From positions 1-54,786 of IMG/VR virus record IMGVR_UViG_3300021960_000004: DNA of 54,786 nt. One strand, written 5' to 3'. Position 1 is the stretch's first letter. Each line of letters starts with the position of its first letter. Shown one piece after another: positions 47,992 to 54,786 of this stretch. The notes beneath the pieces were generated by a model. That model ran no database searches. It saw nothing but the letters and a program-made list of their open reading frames with translations, and was not told the origin of the DNA. This stretch comes from a virus (Duplodnaviria > Caudoviricetes). Both the position numbers and the translations under genes were made by a program.

Positions 47992-48136
47992 ATACTGTTC
48001 GCCTTATTTCAGTTCGTGAAATACCAATATCACGTAGCTCTTTGTTTGACATATTCTGGAGAATCCAGAAGTCTGCACGTCTTTGTTGAGAGTCTTGGAT
48101 TGATTTTAGTGCTGAACTTGCCCATACTTTAAACAT
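47972..48136 (-). CDS. DUF1127 (YjiS/CcaF1-like) small protein, 54 aa
   Basis: QRRA...LQNMSNKELRDIGISRTEI signature; GGAG RBS before ATG 48136. Confidence 0.85.
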   Translation of the reverse strand: MFKVWASSALKSIQDSQQRRADFWILQNMSNKELRDIGISRTEIRRTVYGQNTN

Positions 48137-48138
48137 GA

Positions 48139-48187
48139 TAGTCTCCGTTTGTATCTGATCTGTGGCTGAATTAACCACCGGAGACTA
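48139..48187 (-). promoter_or_regulatory. RBS-sequestering 5' UTR of the DUF1127 gene
   Basis: Perfect 9-bp inverted repeat TAGTCTCCG/CGGAGACTA enclosing a GTGGTT/AGCCAC hairpin; the 3' arm contains the GGAG RBS. Confidence 0.65.
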
Positions 48188-48201
48188 GTTTTACATATAT
48201 A

Positions 48202-48230
48202 GTTATATCATACTATAGACAATATTGCAA
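48202..48230 (-). promoter_or_regulatory. Promoter upstream of DUF1127 and terminase genes
   Basis: Minus strand TTGCAA-N17-TATAAC. Confidence 0.6.
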
Positions 48231-48235
48231 CCCCG

Positions 48236-48595
48236 TTACCCGACTGGGACAAAGGTCTCTGTTACAGTAAGAATAGTATCAATGTGACCAGCACTTACTG
48301 GGGTTACTTGTATCTTGTCACCAGGTTGAAGTACTAAGTCAATATCAATGAAGGTAGTGTTATCGCCTGCTCCTAGACTTTTACCAGCTAAGAAGTGTGA
48401 AGTGTAGTCATCTGTAGCTACATACCACTCAACGTCTACAGAGTTAGTACTACCCCCACCGTTGACTACATGTACAAAGGTAAGCTCCGCTACACAGTTA
48501 GCAGGACACGTATATACTACCTCTGTAGTAGTGCCACTATTGTGACCATACACAGACCGCATACGTGAGGGTTTACCTTGATTGAATAAACTCAT
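48236..48595 (-). CDS. Hypothetical beta-rich protein (possible virion component)
   Basis: VYTCPAN...LVLQPGDKI pattern, 119 aa. Confidence 0.7.
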   Translation of the reverse strand: MSLFNQGKPSRMRSVYGHNSGTTTEVVYTCPANCVAELTFVHVVNGGGSTNSVDVEWYVATDDYTSHFLAGKSLGAGDNTTFIDIDLVLQPGDKIQVTPVSAGHIDTILTVTETFVPVG

Positions 48596-48873
48596 TACTT
48601 TTTCAATACCTTCTTGGCTGTCTTAACTACCCAAGCCTCATTGACCTCAGTAGTCGGATCGTCAGCAATGAAATGACCATTCTCGTCACGTGCTCTTTCA
48701 AGAACAGGATCAGGAGTAGCCTTAGCTTTAGGCTTTGTTTTCTTCTTTGGTTTATCTTGACCTGCCAAGAAGTCTAGGACAGCAGCATCTTTAGTTTGCC
48801 ACTCCCCATAGACTTTTTCTGCAAGAACATCACCACGAGGGCTAACAACTTTATCACCTTCAAGTTTAAACAC
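48595..48873 (-). CDS. Hypothetical protein
   Basis: RARDENGHFIADDPTT..NEAW motif; GTG start after GGAGG-like RBS. Confidence 0.7.
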   Translation of the reverse strand: MFKLEGDKVVSPRGDVLAEKVYGEWQTKDAAVLDFLAGQDKPKKKTKPKAKATPDPVLERARDENGHFIADDPTTEVNEAWVVKTAKKVLKK

Positions 48874-48875
48874 TA

Positions 48876-49706
48876 TCAGTACTTACCCTCCACGCCAAAC
48901 TTCTTCTTGTGCTGAGCAATACTTTCTTCCTTGTATCGAGTAGTGTACTTCTTGTCCTTCCAAGTAAAGGTAGCATTGCCAGACTTACGGTTTCTAGCAA
49001 AAGCTTTACCGAAAGACTCATTGGTTACTGGACCTGCTGCAGGTCTTTTCTTGGGACGAGGTGTCTTCTTAGGCGCTGACTTAGTAGGAGCATCCTTACG
49101 TGTCTCTGCTGCCTTCTTGTTAGCGTCAGAAGTTTTCTTTTTAGTCTTAGGTAAAGTTTTCTTAGTTGGTTTTTTATCGTCAGAAGGAGCAACCAATACC
49201 TCAGGTGTAGCTGTGTCAAGAGCACCTAACTTAGTGCTTGGGCTACGCATGGCTTTAGGGTTCATACCCACAATACGAGAACCACTTGGTCTTCCAGGTG
49301 CATTCTTGTTAGGTGTGATATCCTTCATTGGGCGACTAGGGCCAGAACTACCACTACCTGAACGGGAAGCCTTAGGCTTAGCTACGCTTGTACTTGGTTT
49401 TGGTTTTGTATTCGTGGAAGGTACCTTAGGCTTACTACCTGGCTTGGTTGTTGCAGGTGGCTTAGGTGCAGTTCTAGGAGCGGCTGGAGCTGTGTTAGCA
49501 CGGGCAGCTGGTGGCTGACTCTTTCTGAACTGACCGGTGCTGGGGGACTTGGGCTGAGCTACTGTAGGTGCCTTCTTAACTGTTGCATTTTTTGGTAACT
49601 TACTTTTAGGGATACGCTTCCCACCTTGTCTTGCTAGGTCATCAGCTACACGTTTACTGTTGGTACCAAAGATCTCTTTACCAATTTTAATTAAGAACTT
49701 AAACAT
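48876..49706 (-). CDS. Lys/Pro-rich basic low-complexity protein
   Basis: Highly basic disordered body; C-terminal SFGKAFA..RK.G..TFTW..KKYTT motif. Confidence 0.75.
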   Translation of the reverse strand: MFKFLIKIGKEIFGTNSKRVADDLARQGGKRIPKSKLPKNATVKKAPTVAQPKSPSTGQFRKSQPPAARANTAPAAPRTAPKPPATTKPGSKPKVPSTNTKPKPSTSVAKPKASRSGSGSSGPSRPMKDITPNKNAPGRPSGSRIVGMNPKAMRSPSTKLGALDTATPEVLVAPSDDKKPTKKTLPKTKKKTSDANKKAAETRKDAPTKSAPKKTPRPKKRPAAGPVTNESFGKAFARNRKSGNATFTWKDKKYTTRYKEESIAQHKKKFGVEGKY

Positions 49707-49711
49707 TTCAT

Positions 49712-50122
49712 TTAACCCTTATAAGATGCGCCGCATTTGGCTTGCACTACGCCACCTGCTTTGTAGCCCATTGTTTTCTTCATACCACCCTTCGAGTAGC
49801 CCATCTTCTTGGCTACTGCTGGTGCCTTTTTCTTTAGTGCTTTCATGCCTTCGTTCATCGGAGTTTTCATTGCTAGGGTACCTTTTGCTGCTCTGAATGG
49901 TTTTACTTTTTCTGCTATCTTCTTAGGTTGTTTGACAAACTGCTTACCTTTAGCAGTGCCTTCTCTCTTAGCTTTTGTGGTTGCTGCGTACTCTGAAGAA
50001 GACAAAGACTTAATAGCTTTCTCTGGGAGGTATCTCTCACCAGTCTTAGCACTAGGCTTTCCACTCTTTGTGCGCCACTTCTGCTTTGTCCAGTTCTTTA
50101 AAGACTTCTGGGGTTCCTTCAT
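49712..50122 (-). CDS. Small basic protein
   Basis: SLKNWTKQKWRTKSGKPS..TGERYLP; C-terminal GYSKGG / GYKAGG repeats. Confidence 0.75.
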   Translation of the reverse strand: MKEPQKSLKNWTKQKWRTKSGKPSAKTGERYLPEKAIKSLSSSEYAATTKAKREGTAKGKQFVKQPKKIAEKVKPFRAAKGTLAMKTPMNEGMKALKKKAPAVAKKMGYSKGGMKKTMGYKAGGVVQAKCGASYKG

Positions 50123-50304
50123 GAAGTGTACCCTCCGCCCTTAGCTTTGTATTGCTTTGCAACCATCTGTGCTTTTCTTGCTGACCATTGTCCAGGCTTA
50201 CCACCTTTTCCACCCGCCTTAACTTGTTGTACGAGTTTCTTACGCATAGTGGGCTTGGTGTAGTTACCAGCAGCATTTACTGTAGATTTCTTTTTCTGTG
50301 GCAT
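50119..50304 (-). CDS. Small basic protein
   Basis: AGNYTKPTMRK...GGKPGQWSARKAQ...YKAKGGGY. Confidence 0.75.
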   Translation of the reverse strand: MPQKKKSTVNAAGNYTKPTMRKKLVQQVKAGGKGGKPGQWSARKAQMVAKQYKAKGGGYTS

Positions 50305-50492
50305 TAAGTACTTACTCCAACTTCTATACAGATAGGTAAGGCATAACTCCCTTTAGACATCAAGTAAGATGACATGTTGTACGAGTCAGCTTTACACTCT
50401 TTCTCTGTCCTGAATAATTCCTTTGAGTTTGCCATCACTTGACAGGAAAATGCAGACTCACTGGTGCAAGCAAGGACAAGCGCCATCCACAT
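50304..50492 (-). CDS. Small Cys-containing hypothetical protein
   Basis: MWMALVLAC...C...EC...C; coupled on both sides. Confidence 0.65.
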   Translation of the reverse strand: MWMALVLACTSESAFSCQVMANSKELFRTEKECKADSYNMSSYLMSKGSYALPICIEVGVST

Positions 50493-50809
50493 TACATTAA
50501 GTCTTCGTCAAAGCCCATGTCTTTGCAATCCCAAGCTTGACAAGAAGCGTCCTGAGAACACATGAACAAAAACTTCATACAGGCACCCATACCCGCTTCA
50601 GCATTTAAAGCCTTAAGGGTCTTGGCTCTGTTGTTAAAGTAATGGCAGTTACCACACTTCTTAAGCTTAGCATACTCAAGTTCTTTATCCCAAGCCTTAG
50701 CGAGGTCTTCTTCTGAAGCACCATACATCCAATACTCTTCAGCACGGTCTTTATTCTTGGGGTCTACGTCAGGTGTATCGCCACCCATCATTAAGCCGAC
50801 TTTCATCAT
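50492..50809 (-). CDS. Cys-rich hypothetical protein (possible metal/Fe-S binding)
   Basis: CGNC...GAC....F.C....SC.AW pattern. Confidence 0.7.
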   Translation of the reverse strand: MMKVGLMMGGDTPDVDPKNKDRAEEYWMYGASEEDLAKAWDKELEYAKLKKCGNCHYFNNRAKTLKALNAEAGMGACMKFLFMCSQDASCQAWDCKDMGFDEDLM

Positions 50810-50813
50810 AGTA

Positions 50814-51092
50814 TCACCACTTCACCTTGTCTGCCCAGTAGGCTGCGCTTAGTTTACCTTTTTTAATATTCTTTGCGTGTCTTGCCTTAAAGCTAGCACG
50901 TTTCTTCTTCATCTTATCGGACTCACCTGACTTAGGTTTACCTGCTGTGGATGCACCCTGCTCACCAAACCTGATAAGCTTAATTGTGTCACCTTCCTTA
51001 GCAAGGACCGCATGAGACTTTGTAGGGTGCTTAGGGGTTCTCTTAGGCTTATTGTAGCCTGCGAACTTCTCACCTCTGTACTCGATAGCCAT
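50814..51092 (-). CDS. Small basic protein
   Basis: GYNKPKRTP, IRFGEQG, RASFKARH, SAAYWA. Confidence 0.75.
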   Translation of the reverse strand: MAIEYRGEKFAGYNKPKRTPKHPTKSHAVLAKEGDTIKLIRFGEQGASTAGKPKSGESDKMKKKRASFKARHAKNIKKGKLSAAYWADKVKW

Positions 51093-51093
51093 A

Positions 51094-51546
51094 TTACATC
51101 AACTCAAAGTGAGGACCATCAATAAAGGGTCTTCTACCTTGAGACCTTCTTAAGTCCACGTAAGCCATCATAGCATCTTCAGACGTACCTGCATAGTCCC
51201 TAATGTCACCCTCTGACCAGGCTGCACCCCACTTGATTGCTACACCAAGTTCCTTAGCAGCTTCTTTCATTGCATCACAGAGGTCATCATAAACATTCAA
51301 CTCCCAGCAACCCTTACCATCTACATATGCCATGAGGTCTACTGCTCTACCCTCTAGGTGCTTGGACTTCATAGTCTGAGACTTGCCAGCAGCTACAAGC
51401 TTCTCCTGCTCCTCTACAGTCCTCAAACCATAGATAACCCCAAAGTCTACCTTAGTAAGTTCAATGGCACGTTTGACTACAGACACGAGCCTCTCGTCTA
51501 CGCCATCCATCTTAGTTAAGCTACGGTTGGAAAGTTTAAATGCCAT
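51094..51546 (-). CDS. Endolysin, peptidase M15 (L-Ala-D-Glu peptidase-like)
   Basis: G.RT.EEQ, SKH..GRAVD Zn motif, WG..W, DGPHFEL. Confidence 0.9.
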   Translation of the reverse strand: MAFKLSNRSLTKMDGVDERLVSVVKRAIELTKVDFGVIYGLRTVEEQEKLVAAGKSQTMKSKHLEGRAVDLMAYVDGKGCWELNVYDDLCDAMKEAAKELGVAIKWGAAWSEGDIRDYAGTSEDAMMAYVDLRRSQGRRPFIDGPHFELM

Positions 51547-51547
51547 A

Positions 51548-51904
51548 TTACTTCTTACCTGTAAAGAATTTAGATACTGATCTCATACCAATGCTAGCAC
51601 TAACGATACCACCCAATGAGTACTGGTACCATGTAGGCATAGACTCAAGTGCTGTAAAGCCAGCCTGTACGATCTGGTTACCCCACTCACCACAGAAAGC
51701 TAAGATAAGGGGGATGCTAAATAGAAGAGTAATCCACTCATCCTTCCAGCTGTTCTTTGTGCTGTCCATTGCAGCTATGTCCCAGTCAAGCTCACCAGTT
51801 GCTTGCTTCACACGGATCTCTGCGTTGGCCTTCTGCACTGCTACCTTGCTGTCAAGATACGTGGAGGCTAGCCCACCTACTGCACCTATAAGTTGACCTA
51901 TCAT
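51548..51904 (-). CDS. Putative holin
   Basis: SWKDEW then two TM helices, P.WYQY; adjacent to endolysin. Confidence 0.65.
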   Translation of the reverse strand: MIGQLIGAVGGLASTYLDSKVAVQKANAEIRVKQATGELDWDIAAMDSTKNSWKDEWITLLFSIPLILAFCGEWGNQIVQAGFTALESMPTWYQYSLGGIVSASIGMRSVSKFFTGKK

Positions 51905-52146
51905 TTGTTATAACTCTCTTCGTGTACTACACGTGTTGGGGTTACAGTAGTCTTAGACTCTTTGCCCATCCAGATGCCAAAGCAACCAGTTAGAGCACCC
52001 ATACAAACTGATACAAGTCCTGACTGTGCTACACTTGGATCTGGCAGTGACATAAACCAGTGTACTGCTTGGTAAGTCAATACAGTAACCGCAAGCATCA
52101 TAAGCCTGGGTAGTACCTTCCAATCGTCTAACACTGTTTTAGCCAT
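51901..52146 (-). CDS. Putative holin / membrane lysis protein
   Basis: W...PR, two TM helices, WFM.LPDPS..Q. Confidence 0.6.
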   Translation of the reverse strand: MAKTVLDDWKVLPRLMMLAVTVLTYQAVHWFMSLPDPSVAQSGLVSVCMGALTGCFGIWMGKESKTTVTPTRVVHEESYNK

Positions 52147-52403
52147 TAGTCTTCCCAGTCTCTTGTTCTCTCAGGATCTAATACATTATATGCACTTAAC
52201 ATACCTTCTAAGTACATAGATCTTTCCATTCTGTCTAAAGTAATCCACTCACCTGAATGATTGTAATAAGCTTCCCTAGCATAGAAGACTGAACTGTGAG
52301 GGATGTGTACCCTTCTTAGTATCTTCTCATTACCTTTAGCTAAAGCCAAGTAGAATTCTTCTAGAACTTTATCAGACTGATAGTATCTTACTTTTTTAGA
52401 CAT
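52146..52403 (-). CDS. Hypothetical protein, first gene of the late arm
   Basis: MSKKVRYY...LEEFYLAL...VHIP.S.VFYAR...MYLEG. Confidence 0.7.
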   Translation of the reverse strand: MSKKVRYYQSDKVLEEFYLALAKGNEKILRRVHIPHSSVFYAREAYYNHSGEWITLDRMERSMYLEGMLSAYNVLDPERTRDWED

Positions 52404-52428
52404 CTTTATTAGAACCAATGCACCAGTA

Positions 52429-52456
52429 GTTGTATCTATTAGCCTGCATCTGTCAA
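52429..52456 (-). promoter_or_regulatory. Putative late-arm promoter (proximal)
   Basis: Minus strand TTGACA-N16-TACAAC. Confidence 0.55.
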
Positions 52457-52517
52457 GGACTAAATGCAGAGACTAAAATTATATTTTACCTTTATAGATA
52501 TAAAGAGAAGTAGAGGG

Positions 52518-52661
52518 TACTGTTAGTTACTACTAGTAGTATTATAAGTATTATAAGTATTATAAGTAGAAGACTACTAGTATTAGCTAACAGTATTACT
52601 TATAAGTACTACTTACAGTCTATACTAAAAGGCTTTACTAGTAGTATATACTAACAGTATT
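52518..52661. repeat. AT-rich region with TACTGTTAGT/ACTAACAGTA units and a tandem (AGTATTATA)3
   Basis: TACTGTTAGT 52518, CTAACAGTA 52587, ACTAACAGTA 52650; AGTATTATA at 52538, 52547, 52556. Confidence 0.8.
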
Positions 52662-52662
52662 A

Positions 52663-52690
52663 ATTATATGGATACCCGCACTTTTGTCAA
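52663..52690 (-). promoter_or_regulatory. Consensus sigma70 promoter driving the late arm (distal)
   Basis: Minus strand TTGACA-N16-TATAAT. Confidence 0.7.
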
Positions 52691-52721
52691 GCCCTTATTT
52701 ATACTAAATGTGATCACGAAT

Positions 52722-52791
52722 TGTTACAACTATGTTACAAGTACGTTACCTCACCCCTAAAGTGTTACAAGAATCTTAGTAAATGCTACAA
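52722..52791. repeat. Direct TGTTACAA repeats
   Basis: TGTTACAA at 52722, 52733, 52763; TGCTACAA at 52784. Confidence 0.7.
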
Positions 52792-52970
52792 CCTGTAATA
52801 CTTGTAAACCATAAATTTCCATAAGTGGTTAACAGAACCGTTTTTACCCCCCGCTGTCATTGGGCATATACATATAGCGTACACCCCCGCCCTGGCCCAC
52901 GCCCCCTACCCCAAGCGACACTCGGTTATATCCAGGATCTCTTATATAAACAAGCTCTTATGTATCGATG

Positions 52971-53047
52971 GTTTAATATTAAACTATTATTTCCAAAAGT
53001 AGTTTAACGTTAAACTAAATGTTTTGCCATATGGTTTAACCTTAAAC
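52971..53047. repeat. Three phased palindromes GTTTAA-NN-TTAAAC
   Basis: Copies at 52971, 53002, 53034 (31 and 32 bp apart). Confidence 0.85.
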
Positions 53048-53208
53048 TAGTTTGGGTTTAGCTCTAGGAATTTTCAGCTTGTGATCACAAATAGTGAAAG
53101 CATCTATAACCCCTATAATTTTGTGATCACATTTAGAAAATCTTATCGCATATTATATAGTCAAAAACATAACGTGAAATTAATTTGAAAAAAATACATT
53201 TGAACCCC

Positions 53209-53236
53209 TTGCAATTCTATTTGTGCTGCATATCTT
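53209..53236 (+). promoter_or_regulatory. Putative early promoter
   Basis: TTGCAA-N16-TATCTT preceded by an A/T-rich UP-like tract; 35 bp before the first early ORF. Confidence 0.55.
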
Positions 53237-53270
53237 ACTAACAAGAAATAACACATAACCTAAAAGGAAA

Positions 53271-53894
53271 ATGACAATGTATACCAGAGACGTTCAAGAG
53301 ATACTTAATATCTGCCACGCTAAAAAGTCTGTATTGCCGGTAGTTACTTTTACACTATCAACAATCCAAGCTGGTCTTTCCACATGCCTAGGCCAGATTG
53401 AGGATGTAAATGCTAACGGATCTGCATCCCGTTTTATGTGGGGCTTAAAAGGTGACGGATACGATTACACCATGCAAAATGATGCATACTTGTGGGGCAA
53501 GGTGAACCACATAAAAGACACATTGGGAACGGAAAGTGTAGAGGCATGTGTGGAGGTGATCATGTTATTTATGCGAGTGCCTAACCTAGGAATGGTGAAG
53601 GCGGCTTTCGTGGCGCAGATGTTTGGATTTAACGTGGCATGTATTGATAGCCATAACATCAAGCGCCTAGGCCTTAAACCTAGTGCCGTGCAAACTCCAC
53701 CAGCCAAAATGAAAGAGACCAGCAAGCGCAAGAAAGTGACAAAATATGTTGAGATGTGTCAGATTGAGGGCACGGAATACTGGTGGAATACATGGTGTGA
53801 ACACGTGGCGGGTAATCGTGCCAACAAGGCCTTGGATACTGGTGACGTAGTTTCCCGCTATCATGTGGAATGTGTGGAAGCGGTGGCGGTATGA
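53271..53894 (+). CDS. HhH-GPD superfamily DNA glycosylase-like protein, first gene of the early arm
   Basis: Helix-hairpin-helix FMRVPNLGMVKAAF followed by VACIDSH (catalytic Asp position); AAGGA RBS. Confidence 0.7.
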   Translation: MTMYTRDVQEILNICHAKKSVLPVVTFTLSTIQAGLSTCLGQIEDVNANGSASRFMWGLKGDGYDYTMQNDAYLWGKVNHIKDTLGTESVEACVEVIMLFMRVPNLGMVKAAFVAQMFGFNVACIDSHNIKRLGLKPSAVQTPPAKMKETSKRKKVTKYVEMCQIEGTEYWWNTWCEHVAGNRANKALDTGDVVSRYHVECVEAVAV

Positions 53895-53986
53895 TGCCTA
53901 TCGCTTTCGTGGTGGCAATGCCCCTAGTTTTTGGAATAGTTTTGGCCCTGATTGTTTGGGCTGGTATAAAAGAGAGAGAGGAATAA
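53891..53986 (+). CDS. Small membrane peptide (31 aa, not in ORF track)
   Basis: MMPIAFVVAMPLVFGIVLALIVWAGIKEREE*; ATGA overlap with upstream stop. Confidence 0.55.
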   Translation: MMPIAFVVAMPLVFGIVLALIVWAGIKEREE

Positions 53987-53988
53987 AA

Positions 53989-54144
53989 ATGACAAGACCA
54001 ACAATCAAAAGTAGCAGGGGTAGCAGTGGTCAAATGGTTTGGCATATAGAGGAAACAATTGACGACCATGGTATCGTGCAAGAGTTTGGGACGCTAAAAG
54101 AAGCGCAAGAATACTTGCAGTACATAAAAGAATTGGAGGGTTAA
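53989..54144 (+). CDS. Small early hypothetical protein
   Basis: GAGGA RBS before ATG 53989; F.TLKEAQ.Y motif. Confidence 0.7.
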   Translation: MTRPTIKSSRGSSGQMVWHIEETIDDHGIVQEFGTLKEAQEYLQYIKELEG

Positions 54145-54146
54145 AG

Positions 54147-54368
54147 ATGGCACACTTAGACATAGACACAACTACGCTGGAAGTGGCAACAAGAGCTTTG
54201 GCCCTTTTTAAGTCGGAGTATCCCGACAGAATTACTGTATGGGCAGAGACAGCAGAGGGCCAGTTGGATATTAAGATCGGCAGCATATCAAAGCACAAGA
54301 GCGAGAGGGGTGGATCTATGCGCCATCACATATATTTTCACAAGACATCATCACTTATGGAGGTGTAG
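54147..54368 (+). CDS. Small early hypothetical protein
   Basis: GGAGG RBS, 73 aa. Confidence 0.7.
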   Translation: MAHLDIDTTTLEVATRALALFKSEYPDRITVWAETAEGQLDIKIGSISKHKSERGGSMRHHIYFHKTSSLMEV

Positions 54369-54370
54369 GC

Positions 54371-54460
54371 ATGGATTGGCTCAAAGATATTGTGGCATTG
54401 CTTTGCCTATGTGCCACTGGCTACGTTTTACTGATGATCGGCTACGGCCTAGGATACTAA
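54371..54460 (+). CDS. Small membrane peptide (29 aa, not in ORF track)
   Basis: GGAGGT RBS; MDWLKDIVALLCLCATGYVLLMIGYGLGY*. Confidence 0.6.
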   Translation: MDWLKDIVALLCLCATGYVLLMIGYGLGY

Positions 54461-54472
54461 AGGGGAAAGAAA

Positions 54473-54786
54473 ATGGGAAAAGTTAACGCACTATTTCAGG
54501 ACGCACAGGAAGCAAGAGAGGAAGCACAGATGCACTTTCCAAACTATCTGATCACAGATGTACCGCATGAGGATTACGATAACTATGACATGCTCAACAA
54601 ACTCTTTCATGCATTGGCACCGCATGGCTGGGAGAATAGCACTTGGAAAAATGACACCTGCCCATCACTCCAGAAAGAGGAAATTCATGGCAATGTGTGC
54701 AGGATCTTTGTGGACTACTTGAACCCTGACATGCGAGAAGATCCAAGCTGGGCTTTGCTGGCCTATACGGTAGAGGATCGGGAAGG
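54473..54786 (+). CDS. 5' part of early hypothetical protein continuing across the join to position 198
   Basis: AAGGGG RBS; MGKVNALFQD...WKNDTCPS...; no stop before window end. Confidence 0.75.
   Translation, partial: MGKVNALFQDAQEAREEAQMHFPNYLITDVPHEDYDNYDMLNKLFHALAPHGWENSTWKNDTCPSLQKEEIHGNVCRIFVDYLNPDMREDPSWALLAYTVEDRE
54662..54786. repeat. Terminal direct repeat, copy 2 (identical to 1-125)
   Basis: Exact match to window start. Confidence 0.95.

Noticed and set aside
52971-53047. GTTTAA-NN-TTAAAC as CtrA boxes
   Set aside because: CtrA consensus is TTAA-N7-TTAA(C); spacing here is 2
53079-53131. TGTGATCACA as CRP/FNR sites
   Set aside because: CRP needs TGTGA-N6-TCACA and FNR TTGAT-N4-ATCAA; here the half-sites abut with no spacer

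Overview
The window is a complete, circularly assembled genome (unit length about 54,661 bp; positions 1-125 are repeated at 54662-54786 and one ORF reads through the join) of a lytic, podovirus-like tailed dsDNA phage, most likely infecting a marine alphaproteobacterium (Roseobacter-group-like; inferred from gene content). It has two converging arms. The + arm (53271 through the join to 15889) carries small early genes, an HhH-GPD glycosylase-like protein, a C5 DNA methyltransferase, tRNA-Arg(UCU), ThyX, a T7-like primase-helicase, family A DNA polymerase, SSB, a Cas4-like exonuclease, endonuclease I, a metallophosphoesterase, a MazG-like protein, class II (B12) RNR, glutaredoxin and PhoH. 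The - arm (52403 to 15934) carries lysis genes, small basic proteins, a DUF1127 gene, terminase, portal, scaffold, capsid, tail, paired beta-propeller fibres and internal virion proteins. A hairpin terminator separates the arms at about 15.9 kb and a divergent, repeat-rich control region lies at 52.4-53.27 kb. No integrase, RNA polymerase, CRISPR array or reverse transcriptase is visible. The most notable unexplained signals are: (1) a repeated GCC/(C)YACC RNA internal-loop motif in the leaders of both the scaffold and capsid genes; (2) a DUF1127 cassette with its own promoter and an RBS-sequestering leader; (3) co-substitution of the polymerase steric-gate Glu and the O-helix Tyr; (4) the HhH-GPD protein plus methyltransferase in the early operon; (5) a shared promoter-proximal TACTGTTAGT inverted motif at two distant loci; (6) phased palindromes and a G-quadruplex at the probable genome end. 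All family assignments come from motif recognition by eye, not database searches.
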